From: Tortispora ganteri
Taxonomy: Eukaryota
NCBI GenBank assembly: GCA_003707115.1
Contig: PPNB01000035.1
Span: 1 to 61,042 of the forward strand
Direction: 5' to 3'
DNA length: 61,042 nt
Shown here: positions 20,299 to 32,135 of the stretch, piece after piece
Numbering within the stretch: the stretch's first letter is position 1
How the letters are laid out: every line of letters begins with the position of its first letter
Notes under the pieces: generated by a model
Told to the model about the DNA's origin: nothing
Seen by the model: the letters and a program-made list of their open reading frames with translations, nothing else
Database searches by the model: none
Program-made: the position numbers and the translations under genes

Positions 20299-21984
20299 AT
20301 GTTTAGGGCCCGTCCTATATTGCGAAACTTATTACGTGATGCAGTTGCAAAACGTACAAAGCGGCTCTACAGTTCGACGCCGCCACCGCCACCGTCTCAG
20401 CCGTCGTCGAAGGGCTTCTCACTAGCCACCCTCGCTGGCGTTGTTGCTGCAGCCTGTGGAGGCACGTATTTACTTACAACCCGCATTTCGTCAACAAATT
20501 CCCGTGAAACTTCGCTCGATCTCGATTTCTCACGTCCTAAGTATGGTGGACCAAATGAAATCAAAACTGCAATTACCGAGTTCACCCAGTTGCTTGGCAA
20601 AGATGCCGTCAGTACCGACGACGACGACCTCAAAAGACACGGATACTCGGAATGGTCCACTTGGAACACAGATGTCAACCCATCTGTGATAGTTTATCCG
20701 CGATCAACAGAGCAAGTTTCACAGATCGCAAAAATATGTTCTAAGCACAAACTGCCAATGGTACCTTACTCTGGCGGTACCTCTCTCGAAGGCAACATTT
20801 CGGCTCCCTACGGCGGCGTTTGTATCGACATGGCTTTCATGGATCGCATCATCGCTGTACACGAAGAAGACATGGACGCAGTCGTCCAGCCAGCAGTCGA
20901 CTGGATGGAATTGAACCAACACTTAGAAGCTACCGGCTCCCAGTTACTCTTTGGCGTTGAACCTGGACCTTCCGCGAAGATCGGCGGAATGGTCAACACA
21001 ACATGTTCTGGCACCAGCAGCGTCCGCTACGGTCCCATGCGTGACAATATTGTCAACCTTACAGCCGTCCTTGCCGACGGTACCGTCATCAAAACCCGTC
21101 GCCGACCTAGAAAATCTTCCGCCGGTTATAGTCTGCACCACCTGATTTCAGGTTCAGAGGGCACTCTCGCAATTGTCACAGAGATAACTGTCAAACTTCA
21201 TCCGCGACCTGCAGTTGCTCGGTTGGCGCTTTGCACTTTTCCTACACTCACTGACGCTACAAAAGCCGCGAGTGATATCATCCGCAGTGGCGTCGCCGTC
21301 GGAGCGCTCGAATTTATGAACGCACGCGCCATGCAAATCGTCAACCAAAGCGGCATCACTCCACGCGTCTGGGACGAACGCCCTACGCTCATTATGAAAT
21401 TCATTGGTACCGAGAAAGGTACAAAAGAGCAACTCGATATTGTTGACCGCATCAGCAAACAGCACAATGGCGGCAACTTCATCTACCCGAAAACCGCTAA
21501 GGAAGAGAAAGAGCTCTGGTCTGCCCGCAAGGAGATCCACTGGTGCAATATAGCTCTGTTTAAAGGTGATGTTCCTCAGGCGTGGTCGACAGACGTTGCA
21601 GTGCCGATATCGCGACTCGCTGAGGCCGTAGATAGAGCCAATGAGGAAATGGAAAAGCTGGGTATCTCTGGAGGCCTCTTGGGCCATGTTGGAGACGGAA
21701 ACTACCATGCAGGTATAGTTTTCGAGAAAGATGACGATGAGATGCGCGCCAAAATCAAAGAGTTCTCCCGCAGGATCGTCCAACACGGTATCGAACTAGA
21801 AGGAACATGCACAGGCGAGCATGGCATTGGTGCCGGCAAAATAGAGTACCTTATGGACGAACTCGGGCCCGAAACTGTGGCTGCAATGCGTACTATAAAG
21901 AAAAGTCTTGATCCACACGAGCTGCTGAACCCCGGTAAGGTGTTTGATGCTGGTCTGCTCGAAAAGAGATTTGCGTCTAAATAG
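20299..21984 (+). CDS. DLD1: Mitochondrial D-lactate dehydrogenase (FAD-linked oxidase)
   Basis: Arg-rich presequence plus TM segment; PYSGGTSLEG, RPRKSSAGY, GSEGTL, GHVGDGNYH, GTCTGEHGIG, LNPGKV. Confidence 0.92.
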   Translation: MFRARPILRNLLRDAVAKRTKRLYSSTPPPPPSQPSSKGFSLATLAGVVAAACGGTYLLTTRISSTNSRETSLDLDFSRPKYGGPNEIKTAITEFTQLLGKDAVSTDDDDLKRHGYSEWSTWNTDVNPSVIVYPRSTEQVSQIAKICSKHKLPMVPYSGGTSLEGNISAPYGGVCIDMAFMDRIIAVHEEDMDAVVQPAVDWMELNQHLEATGSQLLFGVEPGPSAKIGGMVNTTCSGTSSVRYGPMRDNIVNLTAVLADGTVIKTRRRPRKSSAGYSLHHLISGSEGTLAIVTEITVKLHPRPAVARLALCTFPTLTDATKAASDIIRSGVAVGALEFMNARAMQIVNQSGITPRVWDERPTLIMKFIGTEKGTKEQLDIVDRISKQHNGGNFIYPKTAKEEKELWSARKEIHWCNIALFKGDVPQAWSTDVAVPISRLAEAVDRANEEMEKLGISGGLLGHVGDGNYHAGIVFEKDDDEMRAKIKEFSRRIVQHGIELEGTCTGEHGIGAGKIEYLMDELGPETVAAMRTIKKSLDPHELLNPGKVFDAGLLEKRFASK

Positions 21985-22020
21985 GTTTAGTTTACCTGTT
22001 GGATGTCAATATCATTATGA

Positions 22021-25000
22021 TTAAAAAAGTTCATTCAAAATTATTGTGTACCCGTCATGCGCACCGCTAATAATTCTCTTGGCCGTCTCGCGATGGTGAT
22101 AGACATTGCAATCGATATTAAGACATTTTGAAAACTCGCGAACTGCGCCACAACACATTGTGCAAATTTTAGCGTAGTCCAAGAATTCCATATGTTTCTG
22201 CTGATACTGTGTCTGTAGCATGTAGGCTGTTGCTGGTTTATTAGTTAAACATACCGCACAAAGTGGCAATTCTTCGCCTGCAGAGCTGTCTACTTGATTG
22301 GATCCACATATTGTGCATACTCGACTCTTCATGTAAGACTTTAAAGTAGAAGAGTTGACCTTTCTGCCTAAAACTTGAAGAACGTCTCTGGGCCGAGATC
22401 GCGCGCTAGTCTGGTACCATTCCATAACATCGCAACCAATTAGCTTGAATATGCGATCCAAAGGCGGTACTATGACTTTCGTTATGTAATAGTCGTAGTC
22501 ACAAATCAGGCCCGGATGGCTAAGAAATTCAGGCAGTCCATAACTGCGGTCTGCTATACGTGTACCTGGAGGCCCAGCCGTTACAATGTATGGAATGCGT
22601 TCTCCGTAATGTGGCAGATACGCTTCATCGTTTTCCAGTCTTTCCATGGCTATCTTTGCTCCAGGCGGGTATGTGCCGTTCTTGACTGTACGCTCCTTAT
22701 ACGTTCCAAGTTTTACTTCTTTAGCAAAACAAAAGTCTGATATCAGAACATCTCCATTCATAATTGATGTACATTTAGACTGGAATGCTTTTTTCACTTT
22801 AGAAAGATCATTGGTCTCAAACAGCAATAGTAATAGCTCCTTTTCGAGCTTCTGAATCGCAGGAATGCCGTCACGACGTACAGTTTCCATACCTTTGGAA
22901 TCAAAGAAGGCATTTTCCTGATTTCTAGACTCATATGCATACCCGACATACCGTTTCTTCGTCAAAAGTACCGATTTCGAATACACTTTCTCTAGTTTCA
23001 GCTTGATCGGTGGTGGAAACAATGCAGATACTTCTCTGACAAGATCTTCACCTATATCGAACGCTTGAGACATAGAAGCGTTCGGAACATGCACAAAAAG
23101 ACTATCTGTGTCCCCATACACTACTTCTGCATGCCATTCCTTATGCGCATTAATATATCTCATAGCTTTGTCCATGATTGTGCGCCCAATAGATACAATA
23201 CTATCTGCAATCTCGGAACATGGCATTCTTCCTGAAAAAGATGCCGATGTATATCCATAAACAACAGCTGCAAACATTTTGATACTCGCTTGACGGTTGT
23301 TTAATAACATAGCTGTGTCAGGATCATTAGACTTAATATTTCTCATGTGTGCTTTGATCATGTACCGAGTTTCCAGAATAATACGTAGCATGCGCCCAAG
23401 TGAACCTTCTCTTATATGTTTTCTGACAAACATCATTTTGTTCGGGGTTATCATAATATCATCTTCTGCCAGTTTTAATATTTTTTCATCTATATTGAGT
23501 TTTTTAAACCCCATAGCGTACTCAGGGAGTAGTGAAGCAGCTTTTCCAAGAAATGTAGAATAGCATATGTTGTAAGCAATCATGATCGAAGGGTAGAGAC
23601 TGTTAAAATCCACTACAATGACAGGACTATTGTAGTAGTTAGACTTTGGTTCCATGACCATAGGTATGACTTCTAAAGGTTTCTGTTGAGTAATTTGGTG
23701 TCTTGAAGGCGATATTAATATAAATCCTTCAAACTTAACAATTCTTAGTAGTAAAGACTCTACTTTAAACTGCGATCCTCTTGTCAAAACTGACATAAAA
23801 TCAATACCGTTAAACCTGCTCTGTTCACATATAGCAGCTATAGTACCAAGTTTATCAATAATTCGAAGAACAATGTCGTTCCTTTCCATATAGTAGTGAG
23901 CCATATCGTACACAAGCAATGTTTCTGCCCATTCCGTCAATGTTGAAATAGAAAAGTACGGTGTAGTTACCTTTAGAACATGTTGTGCAATGTTTTCCAG
24001 ATGATAACTCGATAGATGTAAGTTTTTTCTCATTATCTTCCATATATCCAATACATGGCGACCAGGAAAAGTAAGAGCACTGGATTTTCGAGCATACCAT
24101 TCGTTCAGGTTCAGATTGTCAAGCATATCGTTACTGTAATCTGTGCAAATCCGGCTTAGGTGCATAGACAGGTTGACTGAATATGCTGACCGCGCTCGTT
24201 CTACTAAGTATCCCCAAGATCCAGTCTGAACATCCATACCTACCATTAAATCTGGGTCACATTGTTGCACAATTCTAGCCACTTGCATTATTAAATCCAG
24301 TTCAGTATCCACATAGTAAACTTCAGAGTCATGTAGGCTAGATAGTAATTCATTTGACGTGACCACTATATTGCGTTGTGCTGTCATTTGAGAGTCCGCC
24401 CTGAAAGACAAGAAGGCAAATGTAACTATATCTTTCTTAAAATCTGGGGTTCTGTCTTCTGAGCAGCTCATATGTACTTCAAGCAACATTAGACTCATAT
24501 GAGACAATCGGTGGCTTTTAAAAGTTAATCGTTTAGGATCCTCGAGCGAATAGCTTACAGGATGAGTAATAGTGTTCCTTAGATCAGCGATCACTCTGCT
24601 CCTGGAAGGAGGTCTAGACGATATTTGCCACTTTTTCAAAGTCACAGGAGAAGGAGGGTACGTGAACTGAGTCCTAAATGTCTTCAAATACTTGTAGTTA
24701 CTGCTCATAACCGGCAACTGTACGTCAGCAATATTGGAGTATTTAGGCGTAGGATAAACAATCTCTTTGTGCACGGAATCGTACTTGAATTTATTAAACT
24801 CATTAGAAGCAATTCTGAGCGGTTTCTTGAAAATTGTACGTCCTGTTTCTCCGTGTAGCGGTACAATCCTCTCCGAGATATTATCTTCACGGTTAGTAGA
24901 ATTAGCTGCTGCAGAAAAAGATAATCTTGGGCGTTTCGGTTCCTGACTTGACTGTATGCTGCTGCTATCTGCGTTCCGCTGATGTATAGAGGGATAACTA

Positions 25001-26064
25001 GGCATTAAAGAGTCTATACTGTCTTCAGTAGTAGAATCTGTGGTTGCAATACCTAAGATTCTTTGCTGCGCGGTAACGATATCAGGCAGCTCAGGGCTGG
25101 CTATTCCGCGAGACGATACGGCTTTGTGAGCTGAACTGACGTAATTTCGCACAATTTCCTGACTATTTTGTTCCTTATACCAAAAAGGTATAAGATTCTG
25201 GCTCTGCGATAAAACACTAGAAAGGATTTCAGCACTGAGGTTTCTGTTCCAGTTTTCTGAATCTCTCCACATCTCGTGCACGCTTGAAATGAGCTCGAAC
25301 GGCAGCATTTTTGGCTGAGATTCGGGAAATTCATGGTGAAAAAAGCGCTTTTTGAGTTTTGAAGCGTTATTTATATCGCAGGGTCGGACGTCAATCTCGA
25401 GCTCGCATATACTCATTCGAGGCATCGCATTGGTGTTGCTAACGTTGTTGCTATTGTATATGAGCACATCCGGCATCAGCTGCGAGTCTGAAAAGTCTCT
25501 AAAAGAATCTGAAAGCGTATTTTCAGCTCCTTGTGCAGGGAGCGGCATTCTGAACGTCTGATGCGATAGATCAAGCCAGTTACACCCGTATAAGTTGAAA
25601 TCAATAAAGAACTTCATGATATACGAAATATGCGACTCATAAGGTTGCATATTTATACCGTAACTATTCTTTTCAAACCAGTTAGCAAGATTATTAGTCA
25701 TCCCAGGATGAGAATAATGAATCATCCAGAACTGCTCTTGTTGCGTCGAATACCCGTAAAAGTCTATAGCTTGTACTGGGGTGATCGACAACACCTGCTG
25801 GTCTTCAGATTGTTTTAACTGCATATTCAAATCACTATTCAAAATCTTTATCAGATCTTCGGGTAAAATATCATAATTCTCAGGCTTCACGTACATATAT
25901 GGGTAGATCCCGTGTATATGTGCGAGTACAGACTGGCCAGCTGGTGTTCGGCCATAAACTCTGATTACCGGAGACTTACCCGTATACTGCTTAAATGTAT
26001 TATAGTAATCATCAGCAAATAATTTAGCCATATAATAGTCAACATAATTAATTTGCAAGTTCAT
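22021..26064 (-). CDS. REV3: DNA polymerase zeta catalytic subunit
   Basis: Family B motifs DFNSLYPSIMIAYNICYST, YGYTSASFSGRMPC, YGDTDSLF, KKRYVG; RGSQFKVES; C-terminal CysA/CysB clusters. Confidence 0.97.
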   Translation of the reverse strand: MNLQINYVDYYMAKLFADDYYNTFKQYTGKSPVIRVYGRTPAGQSVLAHIHGIYPYMYVKPENYDILPEDLIKILNSDLNMQLKQSEDQQVLSITPVQAIDFYGYSTQQEQFWMIHYSHPGMTNNLANWFEKNSYGINMQPYESHISYIMKFFIDFNLYGCNWLDLSHQTFRMPLPAQGAENTLSDSFRDFSDSQLMPDVLIYNSNNVSNTNAMPRMSICELEIDVRPCDINNASKLKKRFFHHEFPESQPKMLPFELISSVHEMWRDSENWNRNLSAEILSSVLSQSQNLIPFWYKEQNSQEIVRNYVSSAHKAVSSRGIASPELPDIVTAQQRILGIATTDSTTEDSIDSLMPSYPSIHQRNADSSSIQSSQEPKRPRLSFSAAANSTNREDNISERIVPLHGETGRTIFKKPLRIASNEFNKFKYDSVHKEIVYPTPKYSNIADVQLPVMSSNYKYLKTFRTQFTYPPSPVTLKKWQISSRPPSRSRVIADLRNTITHPVSYSLEDPKRLTFKSHRLSHMSLMLLEVHMSCSEDRTPDFKKDIVTFAFLSFRADSQMTAQRNIVVTSNELLSSLHDSEVYYVDTELDLIMQVARIVQQCDPDLMVGMDVQTGSWGYLVERARSAYSVNLSMHLSRICTDYSNDMLDNLNLNEWYARKSSALTFPGRHVLDIWKIMRKNLHLSSYHLENIAQHVLKVTTPYFSISTLTEWAETLLVYDMAHYYMERNDIVLRIIDKLGTIAAICEQSRFNGIDFMSVLTRGSQFKVESLLLRIVKFEGFILISPSRHQITQQKPLEVIPMVMEPKSNYYNSPVIVVDFNSLYPSIMIAYNICYSTFLGKAASLLPEYAMGFKKLNIDEKILKLAEDDIMITPNKMMFVRKHIREGSLGRMLRIILETRYMIKAHMRNIKSNDPDTAMLLNNRQASIKMFAAVVYGYTSASFSGRMPCSEIADSIVSIGRTIMDKAMRYINAHKEWHAEVVYGDTDSLFVHVPNASMSQAFDIGEDLVREVSALFPPPIKLKLEKVYSKSVLLTKKRYVGYAYESRNQENAFFDSKGMETVRRDGIPAIQKLEKELLLLLFETNDLSKVKKAFQSKCTSIMNGDVLISDFCFAKEVKLGTYKERTVKNGTYPPGAKIAMERLENDEAYLPHYGERIPYIVTAGPPGTRIADRSYGLPEFLSHPGLICDYDYYITKVIVPPLDRIFKLIGCDVMEWYQTSARSRPRDVLQVLGRKVNSSTLKSYMKSRVCTICGSNQVDSSAGEELPLCAVCLTNKPATAYMLQTQYQQKHMEFLDYAKICTMCCGAVREFSKCLNIDCNVYHHRETAKRIISGAHDGYTIILNELF

Positions 26065-26189
26065 AGTGCTGCTATGGCGTTCAGTTCATGGTTTTTCATG
26101 TGATACAGTGTAAGGTGGTGGAGTGGGGTGGTTGGGATAGAAGGCCGATGTGATGTCACGGCTCCCCTATATCCATGAGTCATTGATCA

Positions 26190-28406
26190 TTATTCGTTCT
26201 TGGTTTCTGAATCCAATTCTGGAGGAGGGAAATACATTGGTGAATCACCATGCGTAGGTATTTCTTCTTTCGGATTGATAAGTGCTCCAGCACGTCGCAG
26301 AACTGGTGGAATGGCTTCGATCCCGCCTAAGGTCACAGCTCTAGCGCGACGCTGTAGCCATGTACCTTTGCTGGACTCGGATCCTGAATTGTCTCGAGGG
26401 CTCACAGCAGGACTAGACTGTTTGACTGTGTGTGGAGATACTGACTGATCCTGTCGCGCAATTCCTGAATTGGCTGATGAAGATTTAAATGCCTTCGGTG
26501 ACAGCCATTTAGGCACTACCGAAGATGGAGACGGCTGCTTGAAACTATTGCCAGCAACAGGATCAGCAAATATTGAGGTCTGCTTACCCACTGGTTCAGG
26601 TATTCCTGGCGGTTTGAGACTCTCCTGTGAAACGTCATGCTGGATCTCAGAACCGTAAGGCGCAAAGTTTCGCTGTGCAGAATCAAACAAATGCGGGTCA
26701 AGGAATGGGTGTGTTTTGGCCTGTTGCGGTGTCCACCTTTCGAATGGGTTCTCATTTAGCAATCCAAGAAGAAACTCGGTAAATATATGACGCCGATGAA
26801 ATTCTCCGCTAACTTCTGCGGGAGTCATTGTCCGTCTAGGCATAGGGTACTCTCGAATTAGCTCGGGAAGTGTGTCAGCATTGAAATACTTCTTACCCGG
26901 TTTCTCGCGCTTCTGGTTTTCAACAGAGTATTGTTCCACGGTTTTCAGAGTATACACACTTCGACCTTCGAGATCTCTCTCTTTGTTGAAATACTGGTTA
27001 GTATTCTTACCCATCTCTAGCATAAAATTAGGTGGCATCCCGAGCATCTCAACAATACGCGATATCTGATTGTACTCTGAATTACCAGGAAACAAAGGCA
27101 AGCCAAGAAACAACTCTGCTAAGATACAGCCTAACGACCACATATCAATAGCAGCGTTGTACGGCATTCCGAGCATAACCTCGGGCGATCTATAGAAACG
27201 AGATTGGATGTAGGTGTAGACAGTCTGACTTTCATGACAAGCAGATCCGAAATCAATCATTTTGATATTAATGGGGGCTTCTGACGTCTTAAGAAGAATA
27301 TTTTCAGGCTTTAAATCGCAATGAATCAACCTGTGATCCTTTAACGCACAAAGCGCTTCGACCAGCTGAGCTGCAATAGTCTGAATGTGTTGCAAGTGCA
27401 AGCCTCTAAACTTATTCTGACGAATAAGCTCGTAGAGATTAGAAGAGAGCATTTCGGAAACAATGCATAGGTGCTCTTTGTGTATGAATCTATCTTTGAG
27501 ACGCAATAAATGGTACTGATCGTCAGGGTCAACAGTCTGATTCAAGAGCTCGAGAATAGACACTTCCATCATCGATTGGTTGAAATAGGCGACCTTGTTC
27601 TTTATCACTTTCACTGCGACAGTCTCCTTTGTTCGCGTGTTCTGGCATTTGACTACCTGACCGAACGTGCCCTGTCCGAGCAGATCTAGAACCAAGTACC
27701 GGCCACGGCCATTCTTGTCGTCTCCTAGTATATCATTAACATAAAGGATATAGTCAGATTCTGAGTTATCGTAACCGTTATTTCGCACACCTTTAGAAGG
27801 TTTGGTGAGGACTCTTCTAGGGTTTTTCTTGGCTTCGTAGATAAACGAGGGGTTGCAGATCCTGTATGTCTCGGGAAGGTAGAGTGTGAGACTGATGAGG
27901 GGGCTGAGGTATTTCCCGCCATTCGGGTCAACGCGGCGGAACGCGGGATGTCTATTTACTATGGGAGACAAGTTAGCAGCTGAATGCACACGTTTAAATG
28001 ACTGGGTGAATGGAGGTGTGATGAGCGAGACGTCATGTAGTTTTGAGGCCGGGTTTTGACGAGCATTGTGAGGAGGTGAATCGAAGGAACGTGTCGATTG
28101 GCGCTGACGCGAGCGGGCAAGCAAAGTAGAACTCGAGGCATCTACTAAATGGATATTCTTTTTTGGAGGGTCCGTTAGAGTGCTGCGGGGTGGTAAAGGA
28201 GGGTGACGGGCAGCGGCCGCCGCCGCTGCGGCCGCTGCAGGTGACAAAGAATCAGGTGTGGATGGCGCAGCGCGTGCAGCAGAGTTATGAAGACTATTTG
28301 CACGTGACAATGAAGAAATTCTAGGAGATTTATTGGTAACATTTCTCGGAACGCGAGTAGGTGAGGGAGAACCTGATCCAGATCTGGACTGGCTCATTGA
28401 AGCCAT
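26190..28406 (-). CDS. YAK1: DYRK-family protein kinase
   Basis: NPRRVLTKPS, GYDNSESDYILYVND, LGQGTFGQVVKC, HCDLKPENILL, DFGSAC, YTYIQSRFYRSPE. Confidence 0.95.
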   Translation of the reverse strand: MASMSQSRSGSGSPSPTRVPRNVTNKSPRISSLSRANSLHNSAARAAPSTPDSLSPAAAAAAAAAARHPPLPPRSTLTDPPKKNIHLVDASSSTLLARSRQRQSTRSFDSPPHNARQNPASKLHDVSLITPPFTQSFKRVHSAANLSPIVNRHPAFRRVDPNGGKYLSPLISLTLYLPETYRICNPSFIYEAKKNPRRVLTKPSKGVRNNGYDNSESDYILYVNDILGDDKNGRGRYLVLDLLGQGTFGQVVKCQNTRTKETVAVKVIKNKVAYFNQSMMEVSILELLNQTVDPDDQYHLLRLKDRFIHKEHLCIVSEMLSSNLYELIRQNKFRGLHLQHIQTIAAQLVEALCALKDHRLIHCDLKPENILLKTSEAPINIKMIDFGSACHESQTVYTYIQSRFYRSPEVMLGMPYNAAIDMWSLGCILAELFLGLPLFPGNSEYNQISRIVEMLGMPPNFMLEMGKNTNQYFNKERDLEGRSVYTLKTVEQYSVENQKREKPGKKYFNADTLPELIREYPMPRRTMTPAEVSGEFHRRHIFTEFLLGLLNENPFERWTPQQAKTHPFLDPHLFDSAQRNFAPYGSEIQHDVSQESLKPPGIPEPVGKQTSIFADPVAGNSFKQPSPSSVVPKWLSPKAFKSSSANSGIARQDQSVSPHTVKQSSPAVSPRDNSGSESSKGTWLQRRARAVTLGGIEAIPPVLRRAGALINPKEEIPTHGDSPMYFPPPELDSETKNE

Positions 28407-28767
28407 AGTCTAGCTGGTTCCAGCGGGGAATGCAATTGCGCTGCAGAATTAGGGTAACCTTGAGTGAAACTGAGTTCTAAATGACGCTCTACTTGCCAAC
28501 AATAACAAACGACCGCGATACAAATCTGGTGATTGCACAATCTAGCGAATGCCAGAGACCAAAAATGATGCAGATGTATTACACTATAGGGGAAGAAGGA
28601 GGAAGGGGTGGGGGTGTGTGGTGATAGGTTGTAATGCAAGGGTTGAGGTACCAGGTCTAACTGGGAACTGTTGGGAGTAATATCCCGATTAGGTAATTGA
28701 CTATTTTCTCGTTTTGAGTCAACCACTATAAGGGAGGCAAGTGGTGAGGAAATCCGTACAGGTAGAT

Positions 28768-31700
28768 ATGGATGATTCAAAAGAGTTTCCTGATGACGCT
28801 ATAGATACTGGTTTGTTACAATATGCTGCTGGTACTGTTGGCCAGGATGAACTCGAGAGACAGATCGCTCAAACTGCCGATCGGGCTCTCGCGGAGAAGG
28901 AAATGAGTAATGAGCAACGACGACTTGAAAAAACACTCGCTTTGCAGTCAAAACTACAGAAAAGACTTGATCAGCTTATTGAACGTAGAAGCGATATGAG
29001 AACAAGAATATCTGAACGACAGAAACTTGATGCCGACATAGATCATCTCAAGAACGAACAGCTTGCTCAAGTGAATCAGGACTTGGCAGACATTCAACAA
29101 CGTTTACATATTGCAACTGTTACAACTAATAGTTCGACAGCAACCGATCTTGTTCAACCTTTGGAACAAGAGTCTGATCGCGAATTTTTAATTCGTACGG
29201 GCAAAATTACTCCATTCGCTGCAATGAGTGGCCTCCAGCGCCGTGGTACCACCGAACCATCTGCGCTCAGCGATCGCACATCCGTCCAAAATTTACACCG
29301 ACCCGTGCTTCACGACTTCACTGTGCCCTCTGGTATGTCTACTAATGCTTCAGACTTAAAAAAGCGGAAACGTCGCAGTTCTGAGGACACAGATTCGACA
29401 ACTAGTGACGAAGCTTATATGGCTTCCGACGCAGGCTCTGACAGCGACGCGACAGATACAGAAGAAGAGGTGGACGACGCTTTGAAGCTTGAATCTGGCA
29501 TGGACGACGGTGATGAATTATATTACCAGCGCCGCTTGCAAAACTGGTCATCTAAAAGAAGAGCCCTCAGGCGGCATACGCTGGGCGACGATGCCATTGA
29601 TGACTCTATAGACGAATCACATCTTCCTCATCCTACAATTTCAGATGTTTCGTTTGAAGGTGGTTATAGGATTCCTGGTGATATATATTCTACGCTATTT
29701 GACTATCAGAAAACTGGAGTACAATGGTTATGGGAACTACATAGCCAGAACACTGGAGGCATTATAGGCGACGAAATGGGACTGGGCAAGACTATCCAGA
29801 TAATCTCATTTTTAGCAGGTTTGTCCTACTCTGGCTTGTTGAATGGTCCTGTTATTGTAATATGTCCAGCAACAGTCATGCAACAATGGACAAATGAGTT
29901 TCATACCTGGTGGCCGCCATTTAGAGTCAGCATCCTCCATTCAAGTGGCTCTGGTATTGCCAATGCCAAAGAAGATTCAGATATTGAAAAGAAGTTAGAC
30001 ACTCAACGCGGTAGGTTTCAGATGAGTGGAAAAACTGAGCGGTCTGCTAAAGGCATTGTCTCTAGGATTACGGACATGGGCGGGGTACTGATCACAACAT
30101 ACGCCGGTATTCGAATATATAGAGATCTTTTGCTGCCTATTAAATGGGGCTATGCTGTGCTGGATGAAGGACATAAGATCAGAAATCCAGAGTCAGATGT
30201 GACAATTGTCTGCAAACAAATTAAAACTACGCATCGCATTATTCTATCCGGGACTCCTATGCAGAACAATCTGAAAGAATTATGGTCATTGTTTGATTTT
30301 GTATTCCCTGGAAGGTTAGGCACTCTCCCTGTTTTTCAGAGTCAGTTTTCTGTTCCAATAAGCGTTGGAGGTTATGCGAATGCAACCAACGTTCAAGTCC
30401 AAACAGCATATAAGTGTGCGCTTGTTCTGAAAGATCTAATTTCTCCATTTCTGTTGCGCCGTATGAAAGTTGACGTTGCTGCTGACCTACCTAAAAAATC
30501 TGAGCAGGTGTTGTTCTGTAGGCTTACTCGTGTTCAGAAAGAGGCTTACCGCAATTTTCTGAAATCTGATGAGCTATCATCCATTATGTCTGGCAAAAGA
30601 CAAATGCTCTATGGCGTCGACATATTGCGCAAAATTTGCAATCATCCTGATCTGGTAGAGCGTGAGTATCTCTTACATAAAGCTGGTTATAAGTATGGTG
30701 ACCCTACTAAATCTGGTAAAATTCAGGTGGTGAAATCATTGTTGCAGCTTTGGACTCGGCAAGGACACCGTACGTTGCTGTTTAGCCAAGGCCGTCAAAT
30801 GCTGGACATTCTGGAATCTTTTATCAAGAGCGCTTTAGATATGAAGTACTTACGAATGGATGGAACCACTTCTATAGGTGACAGGCAAACTCTGGTTGAT
30901 TTGTTTAACAATAACGAATCTTATAAAGTATTTTTGCTTACTACAAGGGTTGGCGGGCTTGGGGTGAATCTCACAGGTGCAGATCGCGTAATAATTTTTG
31001 ATCCAGATTGGAATCCATCAACTGACATGCAAGCTCGTGAACGTGCCTGGCGTCTAGGTCAAAAAAAGGATGTAGTTATTTACAGACTGATGACAGCTGG
31101 AACAATTGAAGAAAAAATTTACCACAGGCAGATCTTCAAGCAGTTTCTAACTAATAAGATTCTGAAGGATCCGAAGCAGAGACGATTTTTTCAGAACAAC
31201 GACTTGCGTGACTTGTTTTCGTTTGGAGATGGAGGAGAATCTGGTACAGCAACAGGAAACATATTTCACGGCGCAGAGACGAAAATTACTGGTAAACTTA
31301 ATCCTGTGAAAGGAGGTGATGATCCAGAAACAATGAAGAAAATAAGCGGAGTTACTGGATTAGAAGAATACAGAGCTGAAGATGTTAACGGCGAAAACTC
31401 TAACTCTGTGAAACAAGAAAAGCCTTTAGACGAAGAAGGACGAATTATGGATAGTTTGTTTGCCAGCAGTGGTGTTCATGCAACACTGAAACATGATGCT
31501 ATTATTGACGGCTCTTACTCGAACCAAGTATTAGATCAGGAGGCTGAACGAGTAGCCAGGAAAGCGAAAGAGGCTCTTCGTGAATCACGGAGAAAGGCAC
31601 AAAGAGCAGAGATTGGTACGCCTACTTGGACTGGACGCTTTGGGTCTGCGGGTCGTTCAAGATCGACTACGCCTGCATTAGCTGACCGATCTGGTGTGCG

Positions 31701-32115
31701 AGGCAGCTCGAGATCCTCTACGCCAAGTGCTTCCAGTCTTGGTGTTCAATCCATGCCTTCTTCGAGCACGTTACTTGAATCTATTCGGCAACGCAAAAGT
31801 GATGTAAACACTGTGCTCCCGTCATTGCAAGCGGAACCACGACTGCTTGCAGGTAGCACACACACCAGTGCTCCCGAGTTTGGTATACGACGGGATCTGC
31901 TTACAATGACTGAACCGGAAAAAGTCCAGTTCGTTGAGCAAGTAAAAAAGTACCTTAGCGAGCACGGAGGTCATGCTATTAGTGGGCAAATTATGGAAGG
32001 GGTGAATATTCGCGTAACGAACCGGGAACAAGTAACTATTCTGCGTGAATTACTGAAGAGAGTGGCTACATTTAAAGAAGGGGAGTGGCATCTGGACGAC
32101 GGAGATTCGAAATGA
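28768..32115 (+). CDS. RAD26: Transcription-coupled repair SNF2 ATPase (CSB/Rhp26)
   Basis: [70 protein letters not shown]. Confidence 0.96.
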   Translation: MDDSKEFPDDAIDTGLLQYAAGTVGQDELERQIAQTADRALAEKEMSNEQRRLEKTLALQSKLQKRLDQLIERRSDMRTRISERQKLDADIDHLKNEQLAQVNQDLADIQQRLHIATVTTNSSTATDLVQPLEQESDREFLIRTGKITPFAAMSGLQRRGTTEPSALSDRTSVQNLHRPVLHDFTVPSGMSTNASDLKKRKRRSSEDTDSTTSDEAYMASDAGSDSDATDTEEEVDDALKLESGMDDGDELYYQRRLQNWSSKRRALRRHTLGDDAIDDSIDESHLPHPTISDVSFEGGYRIPGDIYSTLFDYQKTGVQWLWELHSQNTGGIIGDEMGLGKTIQIISFLAGLSYSGLLNGPVIVICPATVMQQWTNEFHTWWPPFRVSILHSSGSGIANAKEDSDIEKKLDTQRGRFQMSGKTERSAKGIVSRITDMGGVLITTYAGIRIYRDLLLPIKWGYAVLDEGHKIRNPESDVTIVCKQIKTTHRIILSGTPMQNNLKELWSLFDFVFPGRLGTLPVFQSQFSVPISVGGYANATNVQVQTAYKCALVLKDLISPFLLRRMKVDVAADLPKKSEQVLFCRLTRVQKEAYRNFLKSDELSSIMSGKRQMLYGVDILRKICNHPDLVEREYLLHKAGYKYGDPTKSGKIQVVKSLLQLWTRQGHRTLLFSQGRQMLDILESFIKSALDMKYLRMDGTTSIGDRQTLVDLFNNNESYKVFLLTTRVGGLGVNLTGADRVIIFDPDWNPSTDMQARERAWRLGQKKDVVIYRLMTAGTIEEKIYHRQIFKQFLTNKILKDPKQRRFFQNNDLRDLFSFGDGGESGTATGNIFHGAETKITGKLNPVKGGDDPETMKKISGVTGLEEYRAEDVNGENSNSVKQEKPLDEEGRIMDSLFASSGVHATLKHDAIIDGSYSNQVLDQEAERVARKAKEALRESRRKAQRAEIGTPTWTGRFGSAGRSRSTTPALADRSGVRGSSRSSTPSASSLGVQSMPSSSTLLESIRQRKSDVNTVLPSLQAEPRLLAGSTHTSAPEFGIRRDLLTMTEPEKVQFVEQVKKYLSEHGGHAISGQIMEGVNIRVTNREQVTILRELLKRVATFKEGEWHLDDGDSK

Positions 32116-32135
32116 ATAAACATGACATTTTTTAA

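Noticed and set aside
21973..21990. Cryptic peroxisomal PTS1 by stop readthrough at DLD1 (ASK-TAG-GTT-TAG)
   Set aside because: The context is not TGA-CTA and the extension would not give an SKL-like end.
19769..26079. Identical CGCCATAGCA just upstream of the ATGs of the 809-aa orphan and REV3
   Set aside because: One 10-mer shared among about 37 gene starts is plausible by chance; no third instance seen.
28394..28780. 128-aa ORF spanning the YAK1/RAD26 divergent promoter
   Set aside because: No recognisable features, overlaps both start regions, likely chance.
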